A stretch of DNA of 64,000 nucleotides, from contig OZ252031.1 of the NCBI GenBank assembly GCA_965247775.1, forward strand, positions 708,072 through 772,071. Direction: 5' to 3'. Made by a program: the position numbers and the translations under genes. The DNA is from Dehalococcoidia bacterium (lineage in GTDB: Bacteria; Chloroflexota; Dehalococcoidia; Bin125). This document shows, piece after piece, positions 1 to 11,174 of this stretch. Under the pieces are notes generated by a model. The model saw only the letters and a program-made list of their open reading frames with translations. It had not been told where the DNA came from and ran no database searches. Position 1 is the first letter of the stretch; every line of letters starts with the position of its first letter.

Positions 1-563
1 TCGACTGCGATCCCGAAGTCGCCGCCGCCTGCGACGTGGCCCTCGATCTCATGGCCGCCAACGGGGCAACGGTCGAGGAAGTCGAGCTCCCCATCCCGCC
101 GGAGATCGACTGGACTGTCGCCCGTGAGCCAGAAGCCGCCGCTTTCCACGCGCCCTGGATGGCGGCGCACGCCGCGGACTACGGCGCCGAGATCTACGAC
201 AACCTCGTCCGCGCCGCCGCCGTCCCCGCCGTCGATTACATCAACGCCCAGCGCACGCGGCGCCAGATCAGCGACGACACCAAGACCCTGCTCGAGCGCG
301 TCGACCTGCTGGTTTCGCCGACCAACCCCCGCCCAGCGGTCCTGATCGACGGGCCCGAGCCCGGCTTTACTTTGAGCCGCTACACCGCCGGCTACAACTT
401 CACCGGCATCCCTGCCATCAGCGTCCCAGGCGGCTTCACCACCGGCGGCCTTCCCATCGGCATCATGTTCGCCGCCCGCCACTTCGACGAGGTCACCCTG
501 CTCCGCGCCGCCCACGCCTACGAGCAATTGACCGACTGGCACACGCGCCGGCCCCCGGTCTGA
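1..563 (+). CDS. Amidase-signature family protein, C-terminal part (5' end outside window)
   Basis: The ORF is open from the window edge. The translation carries a typical amidase C-terminus (GIPAISVPGGFTTGGLPIGIMF, LLRAAHAYE). Confidence 0.7.
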   Translation, partial: DCDPEVAAACDVALDLMAANGATVEEVELPIPPEIDWTVAREPEAAAFHAPWMAAHAADYGAEIYDNLVRAAAVPAVDYINAQRTRRQISDDTKTLLERVDLLVSPTNPRPAVLIDGPEPGFTLSRYTAGYNFTGIPAISVPGGFTTGGLPIGIMFAARHFDEVTLLRAAHAYEQLTDWHTRRPPV

Positions 564-595
564 GGAACCACCGCCCCCGGCGCGGGCTCCGTGCG

Positions 596-1969
596 CTAGG
601 GATCGGCCTCGCCCGGGGACGCCCCTCCCGGGGTCGGCGCCGGCTCCCCGCCCGCCGCCGAAGCCGCCGTCCAGAGCTGCCGCTGAGAGGCCGCGATCGC
701 GACCACCAGGAACAAGCTGCCGAACCCGATCGCCGGCAACAGGACCGTCAATGACACCGCCTGGCCGATGCCGGCGATCGGCAGCGTCAGGAGCTGTGCC
801 GTCCCCTGGTTGAGCTGCACCAGACTCATCACCCGCCCGCGCATCTCGTTGGGCACACGTTCCTGCACCAGGGACACGGTGGAAACCAACGTCGCCGATT
901 GCGAACTGCCGAAGCCGAAGTTGCCCAGGAACGCCGACGTCAGCGTCTGCGGCAGGGCGTACACCAGCACGGCGACCGGAAAAAGCACGGCGCCCACCAC
1001 CACCACGCGTGTCTTGTGCACCAGCGTCGGAATCCCGGCCAGGATCAGGGCCGTCACGGCGCCGCTGAGCAGCCAGGGCCACTGGATCCGGCCCAGGCTC
1101 GTGCCCGGCTCCTCCAGCACCTCCGTAAGCCACGTCGCCCCCAGATGGGTCACGGCCGGGAACGTCGCCGCTTGCGACACCACGAGCAGCATGATCGTCC
1201 AGAAAAGCAGCCGATCGCGCCGGGCGAACCGCATCCCCTCACGGACGTCCTGCACGGCCCGCCCCGCGGTTTTACGGATGCCGCGCGGGGCTGCGCGCGC
1301 CTGCCGCTCGAAGCGCGTGCGGTAGCGCAACGGCACCAGCGTCGCCGCGTTGAGCGCCGAGAACCCAGCGATCAGCAGGAACGCCCCGTCGAAGCCCAGC
1401 GCGCTAATAATGTCGCCCGAGAAGAGCAGCGTGAACAGCGCCGGTACCTGCCAGGCGAACTGCAGCGCCCCCAGTCCGGTCTGCGTGGCCGCTCCCAGCA
1501 CCTCGGAGACCACGGCGTTGCGGGCCGCCATGTCGGCGGGCTGCACCGCCGAGACCCCCAACGTCAGGAGATAGAACAGCGCGACCCCCTCCGCCGTCCC
1601 CCCAAGCCAGCGCGCGACGCCCGCGCTGGCCAGGGCCAGCACGAGCGCCGCCATCTGCAGCGCGATCAGCAGCCGGCGCCGGTCGAACCGATCCGCCAGT
1701 GCCCCCGCGTACAGCCCGAAGCCGATCGTGCCGACGCCCCGCAGCGTCCCCACCGCCCCCACCATCACGATCTCCCAGCCGGCGGGCGCCTGGTCCAGGA
1801 CCCAGAGGATCTGGACCACGAAGATCACGGGCCCCAAGGACCCCGTGATCAGCTGCCCCAGCAGCAGCAGCCGGAAATCACGCACACGGAGCAGGCCCCA
1901 CGCTGTGGGGCCACGGTGGGCTTGCGACATCGATTGGACGCTATCGGCCCAGGTGCCCCTGGGCGACAC
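596..1969 (-). CDS. MFS transporter (start may be the internal Met at ~1930)
   Basis: 457-aa ORF with multiple hydrophobic helices and an MFS-like pattern (LGQLITGSLGPVIFVVQILWVLD ... GALADRFDRRRLL). Confidence 0.75.
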   Translation of the reverse strand: MSPRGTWADSVQSMSQAHRGPTAWGLLRVRDFRLLLLGQLITGSLGPVIFVVQILWVLDQAPAGWEIVMVGAVGTLRGVGTIGFGLYAGALADRFDRRRLLIALQMAALVLALASAGVARWLGGTAEGVALFYLLTLGVSAVQPADMAARNAVVSEVLGAATQTGLGALQFAWQVPALFTLLFSGDIISALGFDGAFLLIAGFSALNAATLVPLRYRTRFERQARAAPRGIRKTAGRAVQDVREGMRFARRDRLLFWTIMLLVVSQAATFPAVTHLGATWLTEVLEEPGTSLGRIQWPWLLSGAVTALILAGIPTLVHKTRVVVVGAVLFPVAVLVYALPQTLTSAFLGNFGFGSSQSATLVSTVSLVQERVPNEMRGRVMSLVQLNQGTAQLLTLPIAGIGQAVSLTVLLPAIGFGSLFLVVAIAASQRQLWTAASAAGGEPAPTPGGASPGEADP

Positions 1970-2026
1970 AGCCCGTCACAGCCCCCCGAACCCGCCCCGG
2001 CCCTCGGACGCGCGGTCCGGCGCTGC

Positions 2027-3136
2027 TTAGGCCGTCCCCATCCGCAGGACCGCCTTGATGGTGCTCCCCGCCAGCATGTCCGCCACCGCCTCGTTGATGG
2101 CCGCGTGCTCGTAGTGACGCACCAGCCGGTCGACGGGCAGCCTGCCCTCCTGGAACAGCTCGATCAGGGACGGTAAGAACGTCTGCACGTCGCTCTCGCC
2201 CTGCACGCACCCCCGCACCATGCGGCCCTGCTGGATCGTCGCCATCTCCAGCGCGACGTCCGTCCCGGGCCGCGCGCTGCCCACCAGACAGGCGGTGCCG
2301 CGCGGCGCCAGCACCTCCACCGCCGCGCGCAGCGCCTCCGGCGCGCCGGCGGCCTCCAGACAGAACTTCGCGCCCCGCCCCCCGGCCAGGCGGCGGACCT
2401 GCTCCACCAGCCCCTCTTCCTTGGCGTTGACCGTGTGGGTTGCGCCCAGTTCACGCGCCAGCGCCAGCCGCTCCTCGAACAGATCGACCGCGATGATCGG
2501 CTCGCAGCCCGCCAGCTTGGCGGCCATCAGCCCCGCGAAGCCCACGGTGCCGCTGCCGAAGGCCACGTAGGAGTCCCCGGCTTCCGGCTTGAGCACGTTC
2601 AGCACCGCGCCGGCGCCCGTGTTCACCCCGCAGGGAAACGCGGCCAGCACCTCCAGTGGCGCCTCCGCGGGCACGCGGATCGTGTTGCGCTCGGTGGCCA
2701 GCGTGTAGCTCGCGAAGGACGACTGCTGGAAGAAGGAGCCGTACACTGCCTTCCCACCGCGTCGGAAACTCAGCGACGATTCATCCGCCCGGTAGCCGCT
2801 CTGCTTCAACTCGGCGGCGCGGGCGCAGTATGCCCCGAATCCGCTCAGACAGTCCGCGCACTCCCCGCAGGACGGGTTGGCCATGAGCACGTGATCGCCG
2901 AGCTTGAGCGAAGTCACCGCGGAGCCGGCGCGCTCCACCACGCCCGCTCCTTCATGGCCGTACACCGCGGGGCAGGGGATGGAGAAGAAGCCGTCCCGGG
3001 CGTGCACGTCCGTCTGGCAGATGCCGCTGGCCACCACGCGCACCAGCACCTCGTTCGGTCCGGGCTCGGCCACCTCCAGGCTGTCGATCTGCCAGCGGCC
3101 GGATCGTTCCGGCATCACCGCCGCGGTTGCCTGCAT
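2027..3136 (-). CDS. Zn-dependent alcohol dehydrogenase (MDR superfamily)
   Basis: GICQTDVH and GHEGAGVVE zinc-ligand motifs, a Rossmann GxGxxG (AFGSGTVGFAG), and a 369-aa length. Confidence 0.85.
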   Translation of the reverse strand: MQATAAVMPERSGRWQIDSLEVAEPGPNEVLVRVVASGICQTDVHARDGFFSIPCPAVYGHEGAGVVERAGSAVTSLKLGDHVLMANPSCGECADCLSGFGAYCARAAELKQSGYRADESSLSFRRGGKAVYGSFFQQSSFASYTLATERNTIRVPAEAPLEVLAAFPCGVNTGAGAVLNVLKPEAGDSYVAFGSGTVGFAGLMAAKLAGCEPIIAVDLFEERLALARELGATHTVNAKEEGLVEQVRRLAGGRGAKFCLEAAGAPEALRAAVEVLAPRGTACLVGSARPGTDVALEMATIQQGRMVRGCVQGESDVQTFLPSLIELFQEGRLPVDRLVRHYEHAAINEAVADMLAGSTIKAVLRMGTA

Positions 3137-3240
3137 CGTCCTGCTCCTTCGTGCCTCAGGCCTGGGCCGCCCCTGGCCGGGGCGGCGGCTCCGCTTCCTG
3201 CATCACCAGCGCGACGCGGCGCCCGCGCAGGCGCTGCCCT

Positions 3241-5571
3241 TCACTCGCCGATCGACAGCGGGCCGAAGGCCGGCGGCGGAATCCGCCGCCTGGAGGCCGC
3301 CTCATAGGCCGACGCCACCCGCAGCAGTACGTCCTCCTTGCCCGGATCGGCCCGGAACACGAGCGAGAAGGGCAGCCCTGGCTCCGCGATCGTCGTCGGG
3401 CTGGTGGACGGCGTCGAGACGTATCGGCTCCCATCCGCGCTCAGCGAGAACACCGGGTCGTAGACCGTCGTCACGTATCCCGCCGGCACCAGCATCTCCG
3501 TCAGACCTGCGTTGGGGCCGTACAGCGACTCCGGGCGCAAGTTGTGGGGGACATCGTATTGGTGCGGTCCCCCGATGATCCCCGGCGGCCACGGCGTGTG
3601 CAAGCGGACCAACACATCCAGCTGGTTCTCCAGGATCACCATCATGTCCACCCGGCGCAGCAGTTCCCGCAGCATGATGCGCTCGTCGACCCCTTGACGT
3701 CCGCCCTGCGGATTGCGCGGGTCGGCCACCTCTTCCCAGTTCTTGAAGGCGGCCCGCTGATCGTCCCCCCAGAACTTCGAGCGCGCGTTCAGCGTGGGGA
3801 AGTCCGCGAGCGATTCCTTGAAGCCCCGCTCCCGCCAGTCCGCCGCCCGCCGGCTCAGGTATTGCGGGAGGTGGAACCGGAACCCCATCGCTATTTCCTG
3901 CTCTTGGATCGTGGCGATGTCCAGATTCGCCGGCGGCGCGATCCGTCCCTCCGCCATCTCCACCATGTAGTCGATGGGCCGCAGCGCGCCCGTTCCGAAG
4001 ACCATGCCGGGCGCGAACTCGGTCGGCACGATCGCCGCGGCGAAGTCCGGGAACAACGGCCTTCCCTCCGGCCCCAGCCGGAAGAGGAGGTCGGGCATGA
4101 ACACGGGCAGGAGCCGGGCCAGCGCCCGGCGGAAATCCGTCGTCATCGCTTCCATCTCGGGATCCGGCACCCACAGCGGGTCGGACGACTCCACGAGCGT
4201 CGCCCCCAGATGGCCGCCGAGCACCGTTTTGATCTCCGCCGCGGCTGCGCTGACGATCGGCTCCTCCGTCTTGGAGCCCGGCGGGAACACCATGGACTCC
4301 CGGATCACCCCAAGGCGCATGCCCGCCAGCGCGCCCGTCTCCCCGCCCGACAGGTGGTCGGCGTATGGGCTGCTCAGCACCGACGCCCGCGGCACGGTGG
4401 TGTAAGGGTCACGCGCGTCGTAGTACCCGGCCACGGGATCCTTCAGTGCGTCGAGCACTTTGGCGCAGTCGCCCAGCGTGCGGCCGTGGATGCCGCTGCG
4501 GTCGCAGTAGATGTCCGCGCCGATCGCCCCGCCGTCGAAGCCCAGCATCGCCTTGTGCGGCAGGATCAGCGCCACCGCATTGTGATTCGACGGCCCCCGG
4601 CAGGAGGCCCGCGTCTCCTCTCCCAGGCTGGCCATCACCAGGTTGGCGCTCACCGACACCGCCGAGCCCGCACTCGAGCCGAGCGAAGCCGCCCGCGTCG
4701 TGTCGTAGGGGTTGCCGGGATTGCCGCTCCAACTGCTGCGCTGATGGCCCAGCACCGACGGCAGCACGCGCTCGGGCGTGTGCCGCCCGCCCGGATCCCC
4801 AGCCCGCCCGTTGTATTCCGTGTTGACCGCCTTGGCGAAGATGATCGCGCCCTTGTTGCGCAGTTGCTCCACCAGCACGTGGTCGCGTGCCGGAAAATCG
4901 ATGTCGTAGCCCGCGTCGCCGCCCCCCGTCGACCGCATATCTTTGACGTCGAATGAGTCCTTGAAGGAGAAGACCACGCCGTACATCGGCATGGCCTCGA
5001 GATCGGGCTCGTGCCCGAAGCGCTCGTCCAGTTCGGCCGCCTGCTCCAGCGCGTCGGGCAGCCGCCGGAACACGTCGCAGACCGGCGGTGCGCCGGGAGG
5101 CAGCGGGCCCTCGGACGGATGCCGGTCGAAGTCGCCCCGGCACGTGACCGACCGCTCGCCGCGGATGTTCAGCGTCGCCAGCGCGTTCAGCTGCCCGGCG
5201 TTCGCGATGCCCGCGATCATCCCGAACTGCTGCTGCACGCTGGGATCGGACGCCGTCGCCTCCATGCGGCCGTACTCCAGCGGCGGCCCCCGGTACTCGT
5301 CGAGATCCGGCAGCAGCGTCGATGCCTTGATCGTGTCCCGCGGGAAGCGCAGGGGTGCCCCCGCCCGCACCGCGCCCGCCGCCGCCGCCGCCACCCGCGC
5401 CCCGTCCTCTGTGACGAGCACGCTGGCGACCCCGTTATAGGCGCGGGCGCGGGCGACGTATTCCTCCACGATCGCCGCACACGTCGTGCGCCCCGACTGG
5501 ATCGCCGCCTGCAATTCCCCGATCGTCGCCTCCTCGAGACGAAACCGCTCAGCCGCTGCGCTCTGCTCCAT
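3241..5571 (-). CDS. Amidase-signature (AS) family enzyme, unusually long (776 aa) with an N-terminal extension
   Basis: AS signature region GGSSAGSAVSVSANLVMASLGEETRASCRGPS and a conserved C-terminal amidase region. The long antisense ORF 3127..4956 was rejected. Confidence 0.8.
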   Translation of the reverse strand: MEQSAAAERFRLEEATIGELQAAIQSGRTTCAAIVEEYVARARAYNGVASVLVTEDGARVAAAAAGAVRAGAPLRFPRDTIKASTLLPDLDEYRGPPLEYGRMEATASDPSVQQQFGMIAGIANAGQLNALATLNIRGERSVTCRGDFDRHPSEGPLPPGAPPVCDVFRRLPDALEQAAELDERFGHEPDLEAMPMYGVVFSFKDSFDVKDMRSTGGGDAGYDIDFPARDHVLVEQLRNKGAIIFAKAVNTEYNGRAGDPGGRHTPERVLPSVLGHQRSSWSGNPGNPYDTTRAASLGSSAGSAVSVSANLVMASLGEETRASCRGPSNHNAVALILPHKAMLGFDGGAIGADIYCDRSGIHGRTLGDCAKVLDALKDPVAGYYDARDPYTTVPRASVLSSPYADHLSGGETGALAGMRLGVIRESMVFPPGSKTEEPIVSAAAAEIKTVLGGHLGATLVESSDPLWVPDPEMEAMTTDFRRALARLLPVFMPDLLFRLGPEGRPLFPDFAAAIVPTEFAPGMVFGTGALRPIDYMVEMAEGRIAPPANLDIATIQEQEIAMGFRFHLPQYLSRRAADWRERGFKESLADFPTLNARSKFWGDDQRAAFKNWEEVADPRNPQGGRQGVDERIMLRELLRRVDMMVILENQLDVLVRLHTPWPPGIIGGPHQYDVPHNLRPESLYGPNAGLTEMLVPAGYVTTVYDPVFSLSADGSRYVSTPSTSPTTIAEPGLPFSLVFRADPGKEDVLLRVASAYEAASRRRIPPPAFGPLSIGE

Positions 5572-6414
5572 GTGTGTGACCTCCCCCTCGGTGCTCGCCC
5601 TCGATAATAGGCCGCGGCAGTCCCCGCACGCGGCCGGATCCAGCCGGGATCAGGTCACCCCGTCGGCCATCGTGCCACGATCGCGCGCTGCGGCTCCTCC
5701 CGTGGCGCCCTAGGACGGCCCCCGCGCCCTCCGGCCCCACGCGGCCACGAGCAGGGCACCGACGATCGCCCCCAGCGTTGCCGCGCAACCGACCAGCAAC
5801 GCCAGACGCCACCCCCACGGCTCGCACTGCCCCGGCCGCATCGGCGGATTCCCGGGCGGGTCGCTCGCCCCTGGCCGCCCTGCTCCCCCGGCCAGCGCGT
5901 GCACGCGACACGCGTTGAGCCCCCGCTGTGCCCGATTACGGCAGCGAACCCCGCTTCATGCGATCGCCGGGCACTGCGGCTGGGCCACGCTCACGCTCGA
6001 TTCGTCGTTCGCCCGGCGAGCCGGTTCACCCGGCGGGTCCCGGAGAGGGACTGTGGGCCGTCCCAAGGAAACCTCGCTCGATCTTCGACGCTCAGCTGGA
6101 GGGCCTGAAACCCCGGCGGCGGCGCTACGCAAACCGGCCGCACACAAAGTGGGCCCCGGGCGTCGCCGTCGCCGATCCGCGCTAACCGGCCTGCGTCCCC
6201 GCGATCGTCTCCAGGCTCTGTCCCCGCTCGATCTCCCTGCGGTAGTAGTCGCAGTCGAAGTCGTCCGGGTGCGACTTCCGCAGCGGCCCATAGATCGAGG
6301 GCCGGCGGGCCGTCTGTGGCGGAGTCTACGCCAACCGGCGGCGTGGCAGGCCCCAGACCGGCGGCCGCGCCGCAGGCGGGAGCAACGCGGCCAGGCCCCG
6401 CCATCCGTCGGACG

Positions 6415-7600
6415 CTATTGCGTTAGACGAAGGATCTGCCCATCGGCCGTCAGCAGGTAGACCTCTCCCTGCCCGTCGACGCCGAACGACGTCGCCTGCC
6501 GCCCGGTTTCGAGGATCACGCGGGGCGCATCGAGACGGTCGGCGTCCATCGCCCACAGCCGCCCGCTGCAGTAGTCGGCGAAGAGGTGGACGTCGGCGAT
6601 CGCGGGCAGGCCGGCGCCGCGGTACACCACGCCGCCGGTGACGGAGCAGTTGCCGTTCACGTGCAGGTAGGTCGCGACTGGGAGCACGGTCCCCGCGGAG
6701 CTACAGCGCTCGCTGGCGAAGCAGCGCTCCCCCTCCAGCCGGTTCCAGCCGTAGTTCCCGCCCGCCACCACCACGTCGATCTCCTCAACGGCGTCCTGCC
6801 CCACATCCGCCACCCAGAGCTGGCCTGTCAGCGCATCGAAACTCATTCGCCAGGGGTTGCGGAGGCCGTAGGCAAAGATCTCGGCCCGCGCCCCGTCGCG
6901 GTCAAGGAAGGGGTTGGCGGACGGGACTCGGTAGGGCTCCGCCTCCGACGCCCGTGAGACGTCGATGCGGATGATCGAGCCCAGCAGCGTCGCGAGGTCC
7001 TGCCCGTTGCCGAACGGGTCCCCGCCCGATCCCCCGTCGCCGAGGCTCAGGTACAGCATGCCGTCCGGCCCGAACCGGATCGCGCCGCCATTGTGGTTGC
7101 TGAACGGCTGCCCGACCTCCAAGATCGTCAGCTCCGTCGACCGCGGCGCCCGATCCCCAGAGACCACGAAGCGCGACAACCGGCTGCGATCCTCGCCCGC
7201 GACCGTATAGTACGCATAGAGGGCGCCGCTGCTCGCGAAGCCCGGCGCCAGCGCGACGCTCAGCAATCCCTCTTCGCCTCCGCCGCTGACGGCGTCGCGC
7301 AGATCGATCAGGGTCGTCTCCCCACCGCCGTCCAGGCCGAAGGAGGCGCACCACGCCACCCTGCTCCGCGATGAAGACCCGCTCGCCCGGGTAGGGTCCC
7401 AGCTCGATCGGCTGGTCGAACGCCCGCCCGCTGAAGGCCGGCGCGAGCGTCAGGCGTCCCGGTCCGTAGAAGGCCCAGATCGCCTGCCCCGCTCCACGCG
7501 CGGCAGCGCGTTCAACTGCGGCGGCACAGCCGGATCGAAGGTCAAGAACGACTGGGTCGCCGCATGCTCCCCATCCTACGCCGGCGGGATCCGGCGGCCC
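6415..7600 (-). pseudogene. PQQ-dependent sugar dehydrogenase (SGDH/sorbosone dehydrogenase family), frameshifted near 7360
   Basis: ORF 6415..7359 carries SGDH beta-propeller motifs (HNGGAIRFGPDGMLYLSLGDGG, GLRNPWRMSFD, GGNYGWN). The N-terminal continuation at 7360..7600 is coding-like but in another frame. Confidence 0.6.
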
Positions 7601-7709
7601 GATGGACGCCGTCGCCGTCCGTCGGCGATAGGCATCGTGGGCACTCCCTGGCGGCGCGTGTCTTGATCACGCGGATGGGCGGGCGGCCAAGTCTGCGCGA
7701 CACGCGCCG

Positions 7710-8861
7710 TTAGGTTCGGGAGCCCAGGAACCAGTCCCGAATCCGCGCCCCCTCCTCCACCGGGTAGGTGTGGGAGAGATCGGGGATCTCGCGGTATTCC
7801 AGGGCTGCACCGGCCCGTCGCAGCGCCTGAGCCGCGACGCGCGTCCGAGCGACGGGGAACATCCAGTCCTGGACGCCATGGGTCAGATAGATCGGCAATC
7901 CCGCCAGCCGCTCCGCCCGCGCCCGATCGATCATGGCGGGATGGAAGGACGCCGCGATCGGGGCCAGGTGGGTTGCGGGCACTGTTTCCAGCAGCCCGGC
8001 CAGCAGCGTGAAGCTGCCGCCGTCCGACATCCCGCTCAGCAGCACGCGCGAACGGTCGACGCGCCAGCGCGCCGCGATCTGCTCGATCATCGCGCTCAGG
8101 CTGGCGCCGTCGACCCGCGGGTCGTCCAGCGACCAGGTCCGGCCCTGCGCCGTTGGGCTGAGGAGGAGCGCGCCCGCCCCGCGCACCTCACGCAGCCACG
8201 ACCAGAGGAAATCTCGCCCGTTCCCGGAACCGCCGTGGAGGCCCACCACCAGCGGCCACGCGGTCGTCGCGTCGTAGTACTCGGGCACGTACAGCGAGTA
8301 GCCGCCCCGCGCGTCCCGATCGTTGTGCACGTGGATCATCCCCACGGCGGTCGAGCCGGGATGCGCGCGCGCGATCTTGGCGATCAGCGTCGCGTCCTGA
8401 CGCTGGTCGGCGCAGAGGAAGAACTCGCTCACGGCTCGCGACGCCGCGGACGCCAGATAGAGCGCCTCGAGCGCCCGGCTGCTGCCGCGCAGCGCTCCGT
8501 AGGCGCTGCGGGTCGGATCCAGCTCCGTCAGCGAGGCCGCGAGGCGCTCGTGACTCTGTATGGCCGCAGCGGCCGCCGCTCGCAGGTTAGGGGCGAACGG
8601 CTGCAGGGACGGTGGCCAAACCATCCCCTCGAGCCGCGCCGCGGCATCGATAAGCGGTGCGCATCTCGGCCCCGCCGCGGCGACGATCGCCGGCAATTCG
8701 GGCGGGTTCAGACGCCGGCCGGCGTCACGGAGGGCCTCCAGGGCGTCGAGGAGCGGCGGCACGAAGGCGGACCCCACGTCCAGGGCCTCGGTCCCATCCT
8801 CACTCACAACCCCATCCTTCCCCGTGGCGCGTGCGCCCACCTCATCCATCCGGCCCCTCAT
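7710..8861 (-). CDS. Alpha/beta hydrolase, phospholipase/carboxylesterase-like esterase
   Basis: LVVGLHGGSGNGRDF, GMSDGG nucleophile elbow, and a C-terminal DLSHTYP catalytic His region. The antisense ORF 7770..8948 was rejected. Confidence 0.7.
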   Translation of the reverse strand: MRGRMDEVGARATGKDGVVSEDGTEALDVGSAFVPPLLDALEALRDAGRRLNPPELPAIVAAAGPRCAPLIDAAARLEGMVWPPSLQPFAPNLRAAAAAAIQSHERLAASLTELDPTRSAYGALRGSSRALEALYLASAASRAVSEFFLCADQRQDATLIAKIARAHPGSTAVGMIHVHNDRDARGGYSLYVPEYYDATTAWPLVVGLHGGSGNGRDFLWSWLREVRGAGALLLSPTAQGRTWSLDDPRVDGASLSAMIEQIAARWRVDRSRVLLSGMSDGGSFTLLAGLLETVPATHLAPIAASFHPAMIDRARAERLAGLPIYLTHGVQDWMFPVARTRVAAQALRRAGAALEYREIPDLSHTYPVEEGARIRDWFLGSRT

Positions 8862-8992
8862 CTGGGAGATGCCCGGAGCAGGTGTTCCGCATCGGACCGC
8901 AAGCGGCGCCCGGGCGCAGTGTCGTCAGCGCCCGTCCGCAGAAGGTAGCCCCCTTCGCGAGCGCGGATAGGACCCGGGGCCCGCAAGCGGTA

Positions 8993-9802
8993 TCATCCCA
9001 CGCGGCAGCTCGCCCCCCCGTCGACCGGCAGCGCCGCCCCCGTGATAAAGGTCGCCTCCTCGGAGGCCAGGAAAAGGGCGGCGTGCGCCACGTCCCAGGC
9101 GGTGCCCATCGTGGCGCGCAGCGGCACCCGGGCGTCGCGCTTGGCCGCGATCGCCTCGCGGCTCCGACCCCAGGCCCGGGCGCGTGTATCCACCGCCATG
9201 GGAGTATCCATGAGCCCAGGCAGGATGGCGTTGGCCCGCACGCCATACTCGGCGTTCTGGATCGCGAGTTGCTTCGTGTAGGCGATCATCGCGGACTTGC
9301 TGGCCTTGTACCCCACCCACGGGTAGCTCTCCCACGCCGCCACGGAGGAGATATTGACGATGTGGCCCCAGCGCCCTGGGCGCGCATGACCGGCAGGGCG
9401 TGCTTACAGGCCAGCACGACGCCCCGCAGGTTCACGGCCATGACCTGATCGAAAGCCTCGCTTGTGATCTCTGTGGGGGAGGTGTCGCCCCCCCGCCACG
9501 CTGATGCCCACGTTGTTGTGCAGCACATCCAGCCGCTCCCAGCGATCGACGCAGCCCTGCACCGCCGCCGCCAGGCTCGCCTCATCCAAGACGTCCGCCC
9601 GCACCGCCTCCGCGACCCCGCCCGCCTCCCGGATCAGCCCCACCGTTTCCTTCGCAGACGTGAGGTCCCGATCCACCGCCAGCACCCGCGCGCCCTCCCG
9701 AGCGAAGAGGAGGGCGGTCGCCCGGCCGTTGCCCATGGTGGGACCGGGCGTTTGCCCCGCGCCGACCACCATGGCCACTTTGTCGTTCAGTCGCATGCCC
9801 AT
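8993..9802 (-). pseudogene. Short-chain dehydrogenase/reductase (SDR), split over three frames
   Basis: N-terminus MGMRLNDKVAMVVGAGQ...NNVGI (9802..9404), middle AVNLRGVVLACKHALPVM (9585..9286), C-terminus YKASKSAMIAYTKQLA...ILPGLMDTPM (9343..8993). One break coincides with a C7 run at 9488..9494. Confidence 0.65.
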
Positions 9803-9988
9803 CTCCAATCTCCCGATCGTCCCCCCCGTCCGCGCCCGGGGGGTGCCTGCCCGCCGTCCGGATGGTTCGGCTCGGTCGGATCCAGTTGTTCGCGCAGGGA
9901 CGACTCGGCTATCCTCCGTCCCCCTCCGCTGAAGACTAGACGGGCACGTGTTTCGGCCTGGCGCGCTCCGCCGGGAAGGCCCCTCTCC

Positions 9989-11160
9989 ATGACCACGACG
10001 ACGAGCCCCAGCACCAGCGCTGAGCCGGTGCTCAGCGCAGACAGTGTGGTCTACTCCGCCGATCCCCACGTCCTCGAGCCCGGCATCCTCTGGACCGAGT
10101 ACATCGAGCCCGCCTTCCGCGACCGCGCGCCGCACGTGGAGTACGAAGAGGGAGGCCGACGGCACCATCGCCAAGGGCGAGTTCATGGTCTGCGAAAGGA
10201 TCAATTCGGATCCCGTCGCCCTGTTCGCAGCCGCCGACTGTCGATGACCCCAAGCTCCGCTCACAAATGGGCGAACGCGGCTACGACGATCTCCTCTCCG
10301 GCGGCTGGGACCCCGCCGCGCGCCTCAAGGATCAAGACCTGGACGGCGTCACCGCCGAGGTGATCTTTCCCCAGCATGGGCATGCCCATGTTCGCTGTCC
10401 CCGACCTGCCGCTCCAGCACGCCGTCTTCCGCGCCTACAACAGCTGGCTGGTCGACTATTGCTCCCACGCGCCGCAGCGCCTCCTGGGGCTCGCGATGAT
10501 CAGTCTGGATGACGTCGACTGGGCCGTCGCCGAGTTCAAGCGCACCCGCGACATCGGCCTGCGCGGCGCCTGCATCTCCATCGATCCGCGCCTCGGCTCC
10601 CCTACTCCGACCGGCGCTACGATCCCTTCTGGGCCGCCGCCGTCGACCTGCAGGTGCCCGTCAACCTCCACATCCTGACCGGCAAGGCCGGCAGCGGGCT
10701 CGGCGGCGTGGAGGCCAACCTCTTCACGGAGGTGATCCCCCTGCATCACCCGATCCAGATCGCGCTGACCGCCATGCTCACGTCGGGCGTGTTCGAGCGG
10801 CATCCCGACCTCACCGTCGTCTCCGTGGAGAACGACATCGGCTGGCTCGCCCACTTCCTCTTCCGCCTCGACCACTTCTTCAACGCACTCCGCTACGTCG
10901 TCAACTACTCCGACCCCCTCACGCCCACGGAGTACTTCCGCCGCAACGTCCTCGCCACGTTCCAGGACGACCCCGTGGGCGTCGCCACGCGCGACTTCAT
11001 CGGCGCGGACCGCATCATGTGGGCCTCCGACTACCCGCACGGTGATTCCACCTGGCCCTACTCACGGGACATCATCGAGCGAAACTTCCAGGGCGTCGAC
11101 GCCGAAACGGTCCAGCGGATTACGCACGACACCGTCACCGCGCTCTATAACATCGGCTGA
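9989..11160 (+). pseudogene. Amidohydrolase-2 (ACMSD-like metal-dependent hydrolase), at least three frameshifts
   Basis: Fragments MTTTTSPSTSAEPVLSADSVVYSADPHVLEP / QDLDGVTAEVIFPQ / AYNSWLVDYCSHAPQRLLGLAMISLDD / large C-terminal block (HILTG ... WASDYPHGDSTWP) lie in different frames. Confidence 0.65.
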
Positions 11161-11174
11161 CGAGGTGGCGAGGG

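Noticed and set aside
3127-4956. Long antisense ORFs: 609 aa (3127..4956) opposite the amidase. Also 899..2176, 7770..8948, 18712..19908, 21548..23563, 42960..44333, 48735..50615 and 57799..59016.
   Set aside because: Their translations are low-complexity Arg/Pro/Gly/His-rich with no recognisable domains. Each lies opposite a gene with clear homology. This is a typical artefact of ~70% GC sequence, where stop codons are rare in non-coding frames.
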